Below are positions 8,218-17,100 of a DNA stretch of 58,890 bases, piece after piece. Position numbers and translations under genes: made by a program. Under the pieces are notes generated by a model. That model was not told where the DNA came from. It made no database searches and worked only from the letters and a program-made list of their open reading frames with translations. The stretch lies in the NCBI GenBank assembly GCA_036389105.1, contig DASVQK010000052.1, positions 1 to 58,890 of the forward strand. Reading direction: 5' to 3'. The first letter of the stretch is position 1; each line of letters opens with the position of its first letter. The stretch comes from Thermoleophilaceae bacterium. Lineage in GTDB: Bacteria > Actinomycetota > Thermoleophilia > Solirubrobacterales > Thermoleophilaceae.

Positions 8218-10548
8218 CTACAGGGGCAGGGCCAGCCGCTGAGGGCGGCTGCGGTCGGAGGGCAGGACCAGCGCCGACCGGGTCGTCACCGGCACTATCA
8301 ACGCCTCCATGGCCTCCGCTTCGAGCGGGCGCGCGAAGTGGTAGCCCTGGCCGTGCTCGCAGCCGAGGGCGCGCAGCGCGTCGGCCTGTGCGGCCTCCTC
8401 GATCCCCTCGGCGACCAGCATCATGTCGAGGCTCCGGCCGAGGTCCACGATCGTCCGCACGATCGCCGCGCCCGTCTCGGACCCGCACAGCTGGTCGACG
8501 AACGGCTTCGCGATCTTCAACATGTTCACCGGCAGGCGCTGTACGTAGAGGAGCGACGAGTAGCCGGTTCCGAAGTCGTCGATGGCCACGTTCACGCCCA
8601 GCTCGCGTAGGCGCGCGAGCGTGGCGATGTTCTCCTCGGTGTCGCGCATGAAGACGCTCTCGGTGATCTCGATCGTGAGGTCGCTCGGCCGCAGGCCGTG
8701 GCGCACGACGGCGCGAGCGATGTCGTCCACGACCTCGCCCCGCCGCAGCTCGACGCCCGACAGGTTGACGGTCACGGCGGGCGCGGCGGAGCCGTAGCTG
8801 CGACGCCAGGCGGCCGCCTGGCGGCAGGCCTCGTCGAGGACCCAGCGACCGATCGGCACGATCAAGCCGGTCTCCTCCGCGAGCGGCACGAACGTCCCCG
8901 GCAAGACCAGCCCGCCCTCCCGCTTCCGCCAGCGCACGAGGGACTCGACGTGATGCGGCACACCGTCCGCGAGCGACACGATCGGCTGGTACTGGAGGTG
9001 GAACTCCTTCCGATCGACCGCCTGGCGCAGCGACGCCTCGAGTTCGAGCCTGCCGAGCACGGCCGCGTGCATGCTCGGCTGGTAGAACATCCAGCTTGCG
9101 TCGTCGGTCTTCTTGGCCCGATACATCGCCAGGTCGGCGTTGCAAAGCAGGTCCTCCGCCGAGCGACCGTCCCGCGCGATGCCGATGCTCGCGCCGACGC
9201 GCACCTCGTGCGCGCGGATGAAGAGCGGCTCGCTGACGGCCTCGACGATCCGCGCCGCCGCCTCGATCGCGTGGCCGTCGTCGGGCGCATCGCTCAGGAT
9301 GACGGCGAACTCGTCGCCGCCGAGCCGCGCCGCCGTTTCGCCCTGCGCGAGGCATGCGCGCAGCCGCTCCCCGACGGCGACCAGCAGCTGGTCGCCGTAG
9401 GCGTGGCCGAAGCTGTCGTTGACGAGCTTGAAGCGGTCGAGGTCTACGAACAGCACGACCGGATTCGGCCCGGGCGCCGCCAGCAGCTGCTCGACGCGCT
9501 CGATGAAGAGCGCCCGGTTCGGCAGGCCCGTGAGCATGTCGTGCATTGCCTCCTGCATCCGCTGCTGCGTCTTCGCGTCGGTTAGGGCGAGGCTCGCATG
9601 GTCGGCGAAGGCGAGCAGGACGGCGCGGTCGTCGTCGCTGTACCGGTGGCCGTGTATCCGCGACCCGACGAGAAGGCTGCCGATGACCTCGCCATTCTCG
9701 TGCACGGGCGCGGCCATGACCGCGTCGATGCCGTCGGTCGCGTAGGCGTCGATGACTTCCTCGGCGTCCCCGTAGTCCTCGATCACCGCGAGCTCGCCGG
9801 TCGTGATCGCGCGACCGGCGGCGCCGAGGCTCAGCGGCGCGCGACGCGTCGAGCGGAGCGTCTCGTCGTCGAGGCCGTGCGACGCGGCGATCACCGACTG
9901 GTCCGGATCGCCGGGATCGATCAGCCGCAGCACCACCACCTCCGCCGCCAGCAGCTCCGCGGTACCGGAGGTGATCTCGTTCAGCACCTCGCCGAGCTCC
10001 GCGCGGGCCGAGATCGCTCGATGGACGCGCGAGGCCGCTTCTAGCAGCCGCTGGCGCCACCCGAGCGACTCGGCCAGGCGCTGCTTTTCGGCCGCGTCGC
10101 GCTCGCTCTGCTCGCGGAGCGAGCGCTCGAGGGCGATACCGCGGAGCAGCCGCAGCGTGAGCGCGAGCACACGGGCCATTGCCCGCAGCAGGCTGGCCTC
10201 CTCGGGCGGGAAGTCCTCGTCGCCGACCCTCACCAGCACGATCCGCGCGCCCTTCTCGCCCGCGACGTCCACGGCCAGGCAGGCGCAGTCGCCGAGCTGC
10301 GGCAGAGTCAAACGGCTGGGACGCGCGCCGGCGGCTTCGCGCAGCACCGCATCGAGGCCGTCGCCGTCGAGCAGCCCAACCGCCGCGACGACCTCCTCTC
10401 CGCGAACGATCGCGCCGAGCTCCGCGTCGAGCGCCTCCGCTGCGCGCTCGACCGCTACGAGCGAAGCGGCCGCCTCGTCGCTGCACGACGAGACGGCGGC
10501 CAGGAACTCCGCGAGCTGCTGCGTCGGGAGGTAGCCACCGAGGCTCAT
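8218..10548 (-). CDS. GAF-GAF-GGDEF-EAL c-di-GMP signalling protein
   Basis: Start is ATG 10548 (MSLGGYLPTQQ). GGDEF-side motifs: RLGGDEF and DLDRFKLVND. EAL-side motifs: ESLVRW (variant of EAL), DDFGTGYSS, EGIE, QGYHF. The track ORF extends to 11418 only by reading through the FIST gene out of frame. Confidence 0.9.
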   Translation of the reverse strand: MSLGGYLPTQQLAEFLAAVSSCSDEAAASLVAVERAAEALDAELGAIVRGEEVVAAVGLLDGDGLDAVLREAAGARPSRLTLPQLGDCACLAVDVAGEKGARIVLVRVGDEDFPPEEASLLRAMARVLALTLRLLRGIALERSLREQSERDAAEKQRLAESLGWRQRLLEAASRVHRAISARAELGEVLNEITSGTAELLAAEVVVLRLIDPGDPDQSVIAASHGLDDETLRSTRRAPLSLGAAGRAITTGELAVIEDYGDAEEVIDAYATDGIDAVMAAPVHENGEVIGSLLVGSRIHGHRYSDDDRAVLLAFADHASLALTDAKTQQRMQEAMHDMLTGLPNRALFIERVEQLLAAPGPNPVVLFVDLDRFKLVNDSFGHAYGDQLLVAVGERLRACLAQGETAARLGGDEFAVILSDAPDDGHAIEAAARIVEAVSEPLFIRAHEVRVGASIGIARDGRSAEDLLCNADLAMYRAKKTDDASWMFYQPSMHAAVLGRLELEASLRQAVDRKEFHLQYQPIVSLADGVPHHVESLVRWRKREGGLVLPGTFVPLAEETGLIVPIGRWVLDEACRQAAAWRRSYGSAAPAVTVNLSGVELRRGEVVDDIARAVVRHGLRPSDLTIEITESVFMRDTEENIATLARLRELGVNVAIDDFGTGYSSLLYVQRLPVNMLKIAKPFVDQLCGSETGAAIVRTIVDLGRSLDMMLVAEGIEEAAQADALRALGCEHGQGYHFARPLEAEAMEALIVPVTTRSALVLPSDRSRPQRLALPL

Positions 10549-10559
10549 GGCACGTGCGC

Positions 10560-11738
10560 TCAGGCGAACGTCAGCACGACGAGCGTCTGGTTGTGGAAGC
10601 CCTTCACGCCGCGCGTGCGGGCGATCTCGCCGTACGTGTAGAACCCGGCGACCGGTGCGCCGGCGGCATGGTGCGTCACGCGCTCGACCTCCCGCTTGAT
10701 CCCGTCGCCGAGGATCCCTCGGCGTGCGATGCAGTCGAAGGCGAACACGCCGACGGGGTCCCGGCCGAGTGCCGCGACCGCGTCGCCGCAAGCGGCGTCG
10801 GTGGCGTCGAGTACCGACTGGCCGTCGCCCTCGGACAGCCATACCAGGCCACCCTGCGGTACGTCGGCGACGAAGACGATCGAGCGCTCCTCGAAGTCCG
10901 CGGCGCTTATGAAGCGCATCTCCTGCTCGTCGCGGCGGCTGCCGAGCGCGAGCGGGTGGGTCAACGCGAAGCTCGTGAAAGCGGCCGCGTCCTCCCACGC
11001 CTCGCGCGGCGCGTCGAGATGCCTCAGGTAGACGTCGAGCGCCGGCTCGTCGTCGAGCGTGCGAACGCGGGCGTTGGAGCTGGACGTGACGACGAACGGG
11101 TCGCCGAGCGTGCGCCAGCCGTGCCGGACGCCGATCCCCATCGGCGCCTCGGAGGCGATCGCCGCGGCCACGACCGCGTTCTCGAGCACCTCGTCGCCGT
11201 GGAGCTGGAACGTGCGAGACATCTTCAGGTCGTCGCCCGCGCAGCCGCCCACGAGCGGCACCGTCGGACCCACGACGCTGTACGCGCCGCGGATGATCTC
11301 CTGCTGATCGCCGGCCAGGCCATCCGTCAGCATGAGCAGGGTGCGGTGCTCGCGAGGAGCCACGGCGTTCATGCACGCGGCCGCCTCGGCGCCCGCCGTA
11401 CGCAGCTGGTCGGAGCAACCGGTCGACGCCGCGGTCGCGATCGAGAAGCCCGAACCGCCGAGGGCGCTCACAACCACGCCCCCGTCGCCGGGCCCGCTGG
11501 TCGCGATCTCGCCCGCGGTCGAGCAGCCGATCAGCGGCACGTCGGGCGCCGTCCCGCGGATCGACGCCAGCAGTTCATGGAGGTCGTAGCGCTCCGACGC
11601 GAAGACGACCAGCAGCTTCGGATCGGCACCCGCCAGCGCGGCGGCGGCGGCCTGCCGACCGGCCACCCGCGCGTTGTCGTCGGTGGAATGGCCGACGCCG
11701 CACCAGCGTGAGGCGTGGCCGTTTCGATCAGCAGACAT
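10560..11738 (-). CDS. FIST-N/FIST-C sensory domain protein
   Basis: ATG 11738 follows GGAG. FIST-like stretches: LLVVFAS, PLIGCSTAGEI, GFYTYGEI..HNQT. The stop lies 11 nt upstream of the GGDEF-EAL start. Confidence 0.8.
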   Translation of the reverse strand: MSADRNGHASRWCGVGHSTDDNARVAGRQAAAAALAGADPKLLVVFASERYDLHELLASIRGTAPDVPLIGCSTAGEIATSGPGDGGVVVSALGGSGFSIATAASTGCSDQLRTAGAEAAACMNAVAPREHRTLLMLTDGLAGDQQEIIRGAYSVVGPTVPLVGGCAGDDLKMSRTFQLHGDEVLENAVVAAAIASEAPMGIGVRHGWRTLGDPFVVTSSSNARVRTLDDEPALDVYLRHLDAPREAWEDAAAFTSFALTHPLALGSRRDEQEMRFISAADFEERSIVFVADVPQGGLVWLSEGDGQSVLDATDAACGDAVAALGRDPVGVFAFDCIARRGILGDGIKREVERVTHHAAGAPVAGFYTYGEIARTRGVKGFHNQTLVVLTFA

Positions 11739-11854
11739 GAGGCACTCCAGAAGTCGAGGGTGGGGCGCGCGTTCGCGCCGGTTGCGCTACCGAGTTGATC
11801 GGTGGTTCAAGCCACGCGGAAGATGCCCGTATGAGGTATCCGAGGCGGGACGGG

Positions 11855-13243
11855 CTACGCCCTCGCCGCGCCGGCGGCGGCGAGCAGCTCGTCGCGCGAC
11901 GCGAGCTTCACGCGCGGGCGCTCCTCTTGACGCCCGCGCTGGAGCTCATGGGCATCGATCGCGCGCCAACCCTCGACCGTCACCAGGTCCGGCTTTCGCT
12001 CGCCGAGAAGTGCGACGATCCGGTGGGGATCGGGCTTGGGAGGCGGCGGGAGCGCCCCCGAGGCGAGGTCGTCCGCGAGGCACGCGACTGTCTCCTCCGC
12101 GTCGCGCTTGTTCGTGCCGAGGATCCCGGTGGCACCTCGCTTTATCCAGCCGACGGCGTAGACGCCGGGCAGCGGCCGGCGGTCGGGTCCCAGCACCCTG
12201 CCGCGCTCGTTCGGGACGATGAAGCTGTGCTCGTCGAAGGGAACGCCGGGCAGCGGTACGGCGCGGTAGCCGACCGAGCGCAGGACCAGGCCGCAGTCGA
12301 TCGTCTCGATCTCCTCCCCATGGGGCCGGGGCCTCAGGTTGCCCGCCTCGTCTCGCACGAGCTGGTTGCCGCGCACCTCGACGGCCTCCACCCTGCCGGT
12401 GCCGCGGATCCCCACCGGCGACCGCAGGAAGCGCAGGACGATCCGCCGCCGCGCGTCCGGCAGCGGTGGTCTTCCCGCGAACTCACGCAACACCTCCAGG
12501 TTCTTGCGCGCGGTGAAGGTGCCTTGCTCGGCCAGCCACTGCTCCGACAGCGGATCGAGCTCGACCTCCTCGGCATCGATCCGCATCTCGACGCCGTCGA
12601 GGTGGCCGAGCTCGCGCAGCTCCGCGCTCGTGAACGCGGCCTGGGCGGGCCCGCGGCGGCCGAGCACCACGACCTCCTCTATCTGGCTCTCCCGCAGCGC
12701 CTCGAGGGCATGGTCGGCCACATCGGTGCGCTCGAGCTCGGCAGGGCTCAGCGTGAGCATGCGCGTGACGTCCGCCGCCACGTTCCCGTTGCCGATCACG
12801 ACCGCCCGCCTGCCGGAGAGATCGAACTCGAGGCCGCGGTAGTCGGGATGGCCGTTGTACCAGGCCACGAACTCGGTGGCCGGCCAGCTTCCGGGCAGGT
12901 CCTCGCCGGGGATGCCGAGCGACTTGTCGGTCTGCGCGCCGGTTGCGTAGATCACGGCCGTGTAGTGCTCCATCAGCTCCGCGTGGGAGATGTCCGGTCC
13001 CACCTCGACGTTGCCGAAGAAGCGGCAGCCCCGGCCGAGCGTCTCACGGTCGAACGTGTCGTCCAAGCGCTTGATCTCCTGGTGGTCGGGGGCAACGCCG
13101 CCGCGCAGCAGGCCCCACGGCGTCGGGAGCCGCTCGATCAGGTCGACGTCCATGGCGCCGTGGTTCTGACGCAGGCGCTCCGCGGCGAAGGCGCCAGCCG
13201 GCCCCGCGCCGACGATCGCGATACGCGGCCGAGCGTCAGACAT
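11855..13243 (-). CDS. fprA: Ferredoxin-NADP+ reductase, adrenodoxin-reductase (FprA) type
   Basis: Starts MSDARPRIAIVGAGPAGAFAAERL (GxGxxG). Also has VAPDHQ, a second Rossmann motif VVIGNGNVAADV, and GWIKRGATGILGTNKRDA. Its start overlaps the ferredoxin stop (TGATG). Confidence 0.9.
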   Translation of the reverse strand: MSDARPRIAIVGAGPAGAFAAERLRQNHGAMDVDLIERLPTPWGLLRGGVAPDHQEIKRLDDTFDRETLGRGCRFFGNVEVGPDISHAELMEHYTAVIYATGAQTDKSLGIPGEDLPGSWPATEFVAWYNGHPDYRGLEFDLSGRRAVVIGNGNVAADVTRMLTLSPAELERTDVADHALEALRESQIEEVVVLGRRGPAQAAFTSAELRELGHLDGVEMRIDAEEVELDPLSEQWLAEQGTFTARKNLEVLREFAGRPPLPDARRRIVLRFLRSPVGIRGTGRVEAVEVRGNQLVRDEAGNLRPRPHGEEIETIDCGLVLRSVGYRAVPLPGVPFDEHSFIVPNERGRVLGPDRRPLPGVYAVGWIKRGATGILGTNKRDAEETVACLADDLASGALPPPPKPDPHRIVALLGERKPDLVTVEGWRAIDAHELQRGRQEERPRVKLASRDELLAAAGAARA

Positions 13244-13524
13244 CACGCCGCCTTCCGCTCGGCGGTGCTCCTCTCGCGGAAGAACTCCGCGTTCAGCTCG
13301 AACGCGTACGCGAACTTCGCGGGCACATCGAGCTCCGTGAAGATCGCGTCCACCGGGCACACGTGTACGCAGGCGTCGCAGTCGATGCACACCTCCGGGT
13401 CGATGTAGAGCTGCTCCGCCGTCTCGAAATCTGGGTCCCCGGGCTTCGGGTGGATGCAGTCGACTGGACAGACCTCGATGCAGGAGTCGTCCTTGATGCA
13501 GCTGCCGGCGATCACGTACGTCAT
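13243..13524 (-). CDS. fdxA: 4Fe-4S/3Fe-4S ferredoxin
   Basis: Sequence MTYVIAGSCIKDDSCIEVCPVDCIHP ... CIDCDACVHVCPVDAI carries two Cys clusters. ATG 13524 is preferred over the TTG 13530 used by the track. Confidence 0.9.
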   Translation of the reverse strand: MTYVIAGSCIKDDSCIEVCPVDCIHPKPGDPDFETAEQLYIDPEVCIDCDACVHVCPVDAIFTELDVPAKFAYAFELNAEFFRERSTAERKAA

Positions 13525-13651
13525 GGGCAAAAGGTACGACCTACCGCAAAGAGGTAGCCGAGCGGGTAGCGCGGGGTCGATATGTGGAATCAGCAGCCGC
13601 GCCCCAAGTCGGGGCTATGGCTGACCCCGACTTTCCCCCGCAGGAGGGCAC

Positions 13652-14125
13652 ATGTTCCGCAAGTTCAACCCCAAGAAGGTGGCCGTCGTCCTAGCCATCT
13701 CCCTGGTCGCAGCCGTTGCAGCGTACGCCTATTGGACCAACGGCGGTTCCGGAACCGGCACGTCCGGCACCGGCACCAACGTGGCAATCACCGCCACCCA
13801 GACCACCACCCCGTCAGGCCTCTACCCGGGCGGCCCGACCGCGGCTCTCGCCGGCCAGTTCAACAACACGAACGCCGGTCCGGTGCATGTCAATCAGGTC
13901 TCCGCGACCATCTCATCGGTCACCGGACCCAATATCGACGGCACGCACCCGTGTGCCGCGTCCAACTACCAGCTCAACGGGTTCCCCGTCACCGTCAACG
14001 CCGACGTTCCGAGCGGGACGGCCCAGGGCAGCTGGAGCGGCGCCTCGATCCAGCTACTCGATTCAGGGACAAACCAGGACGGCTGCAAGAACGCAACCGT
14101 CACGCTGACCTACTCGAGCAACTAA
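13652..14125 (+). CDS. Small secreted TasA/camelysin-like protein with SipW-type-looking signal peptide
   Basis: ATG 13652 follows CAGGAGGG. The N-terminus MFRKFNPKKVAVVLAISLVAAVAAYAYWTNGGSGTG has a basic n-region, a hydrophobic core and an AYAYWT motif. The rest is beta-rich and ends with a Cys pair. Confidence 0.7.
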   Translation: MFRKFNPKKVAVVLAISLVAAVAAYAYWTNGGSGTGTSGTGTNVAITATQTTTPSGLYPGGPTAALAGQFNNTNAGPVHVNQVSATISSVTGPNIDGTHPCAASNYQLNGFPVTVNADVPSGTAQGSWSGASIQLLDSGTNQDGCKNATVTLTYSSN

Positions 14126-14143
14126 CCGGAAGACGGTGCTCTG

Positions 14144-17100
14144 ATGACGGCTCCGCACCTGCGGAGGAGGAGCGCCGTCGCGCTCGCGCTCACGACCGCC
14201 GCTTGCATGGCGGCGGCGTGGGCGTTCTGGAGCGCCCCGGGCGCCGGCAACGGCTCGGCCGTCTCGGGGTCGCTCGCGGCGGCGACGATCAACGCCACCG
14301 CCGCTTCGCCCACCACGATCACCGTTTCGTGGACCCAGCAGGCGTCGCTGGAGCCCACCTCGCCGGCCAACAGCGCGATCGTCTACTCGGTCGAGCGAAA
14401 GCTCGGCGCCGGCTCGTGGGCAGCGCTGACCGTCGGCGGGTGCTCTGGGGCCAAGCCGCACGGCGTGACGAGCTGCATCGACGCTCCGTCGCAGAGCGGT
14501 GCGTACAGCTACCGCGTCGTCGCGAGCTACCACACGTGGACGGTCACGTCGGCCCAGGCCGGTCCGGTCACGGTGGATTTGACGCCCCCCACCATCAGCG
14601 CCCAGCTGACGCCGGCACCGAACGCAGCCGGATGGAACAACACGTCGCCCGTCGCGGTTGCCCTCAGTGCCGATGACGGCGGCGGATCCGGCGTGGAGAG
14701 CATCAGGTACACGACCGACGGCAGCGACCCGAAGACCTCCGGGTCGGCGCAGGTCTACACCGCGCCGCTCTCGATCGCGGCGACCGCCACGGTCCGCTAC
14801 TTCGCCACCGACTTCGCCGGCAACGCCTCCGCGGTCAGCGCCCAGCTCGTGAAGATCGACACGGTGGCGCCCAGCGGCGGGACGGTCGACGCGACCGGCC
14901 TGGGCGGAACCGACGGCCGTTACGCGACCTCGACGACGCTGAGCATCGCCTTCAGCCCGGGGACCGACTCCGGCTCGGGCCTGGCGACGGGCGCCACGCT
15001 GTTGCGTGCGACCGCCTCGCTTGGCGACGGAAGCTGCGGGACCTACGGCACCTACGCGCAGGTGGGTGTCAGCGACCCGGTCTCCCCCGCGAGCAACACC
15101 GTGCCCATCGACCACGCGTGCTACCGCTATCGGTACACGGTCCTCGACCAGGCCGGAAACCAGGCGACCTACACGAGCCCCGACGTCAAGGTCGACACGG
15201 CAGCGCCCCACCCCGACTTCCTCCAGCCGATCACGAGCCCGGAAACGGTGAGGCCCGGACCTGCGCATCTCGCCACCGGCGACATCGACAACGACGGCGA
15301 TCCGGACATCGTCACGACGGCCGTCTTCGACGTGGCGACGTCGGTGCTGGTCAACAACGGCGTCGGCAGCTTCAGGGAGACGACGGTCGGATCCAACGGC
15401 GCGACGCTAGACGTGGGGCTCGGCAAGTTCGACAACGACACCTACCTCGACCTCGTCCTCCTCTACCAGCAGACGCCGCCCGCTACCGGTCTCCTGATCA
15501 TCTTCAAGGGTGGCGGTGACGGCAGCTTCACCTACCTGGGCGCGGCAAACACGATCGTGAACACGGGCGTCCGCCCCACCGCGCTCGCGGTCGGTGACTT
15601 CAACGGCGACACGATCGACGACGTGGCGGTCGTCAACTCGCAGAACGACATCGCCACCGAGATCGGCACGGTGATGACCTACCTGGGCAACCCGGCCGGG
15701 ACCGACTCGTTCGCTGCCGCAACCCCGGCTCAGACCCTGAGCGCACAGGTCGGCGTGGTCGACATCGCGTACGCCGACTTCAACGGCGGGGCCAAGGATC
15801 TCGTCGTCACGAACGCCGAGAGCAGCAGCATCAGCTTCCTCGCCGGAAACGGCGCTGGGTTCAACGCGCCCTCGCACATACCGGCCGGGGCTCCTGTCAC
15901 CTTCATGGACACGGCGCAGCTGAACCCGGGCACCAACCGCGACGTCGTCGCGTCGGTCCGCGACTCGAGCCCGAGCGCGGTGCGGACACTGCTCGGCGAC
16001 GGGGCGGGCGGGTTCCCGGCCCAGGCGACGAAGGTCGCGGGAACCACCGCCACGGGCGTCAACCCGCAGGGCGTCGTCGCAAACGACCTCGACGGCGATG
16101 GCGATGCCGACATCGCGATCGCGAACGGCTCGCCGTCCACCGTCTCGGTGCTCGCAAACGACGGCACCGGCGCGTTCACGGACGCGCCCGCCAGCCCGGA
16201 AACCGGCGTGGGTGCAGGGGGGACGCTGCCCTACGGAATCGTGAGCGCCGACTTCGACGGCAGCGGCTACAACGACCTCGCGGTGAGCCCCGTCTTCACG
16301 AGCCCTGGCCAGATGCGGATCCTGCTCAACCAGAGCGGCAACCGTGCCAACCTCTCGGTCGCCAAGACCGACGCGCCGGACCCGGTGCCCGGCGGGCAAA
16401 ACCTCACCTACACGCTGACCGTGACGAACGCCGGCCCCAGCACGCCATCGAGCGTGAAGACGACCGATCGGCTGCCCGCGGGAGTGACATTCAACGCCGC
16501 TGCCTCCAGTCCGAGCTGCAGTGCGGCGGGGACCACGACGGTCACCGTCACCTGCTCCTACGGTGCGGTCGCAGCGGGGTCACCCGAATCGCTCCAGATC
16601 GTCGTCACCACCAGCGCGGCGACGCCCCCCTCCCTCACGAACACGGCGACGGTCGCCGGCAATCTTGCCGACCCCACGCCGGCCGACAACACCAGCACGA
16701 CGACCACCACGGTCACCGACGCCACGGCGCCGACGATCAGCCGGGCGGTGGTGGCGAAGACGGACGGCTCCAGCCCGGGCACGATCCGTCAGGGCGGCGA
16801 CTACTACGCCTACGCAGAGGTGACCGACAACAGGGGCGTGTCGACGGTCACCGCAAACACCAGCTCCTTCGACACCGGCGTGACCTCGGCGAGCCTGTCG
16901 TCCACCGGTGGGCCGTGGACCGTCGGTGGCGTGAGCTACAGCTATCGCAGCGCCACCCTCACCGCCAACACCGGGCTGACCACCGGCGCCGGCTACTCAT
17001 ACGCCATCAGCGCCGCCGACGCGGCCGGCAACAGCGCGGGCCCAACTTCGTATTCGGCGACGATCGAGACCTACGACAACGTGATCACCGGCACGGCGGG

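Noticed and set aside
7886-11418. Very long ORFs in the track: 7886-10486 (866 aa) and the 8218-11418 ORF's 290-codon 5' extension upstream of ATG 10548.
   Set aside because: The translations are Arg/Pro/Ala/Gly-rich nonsense, out of frame with or reading through the well-supported GGDEF-EAL and FIST genes. These are typical high-GC open-frame artefacts.
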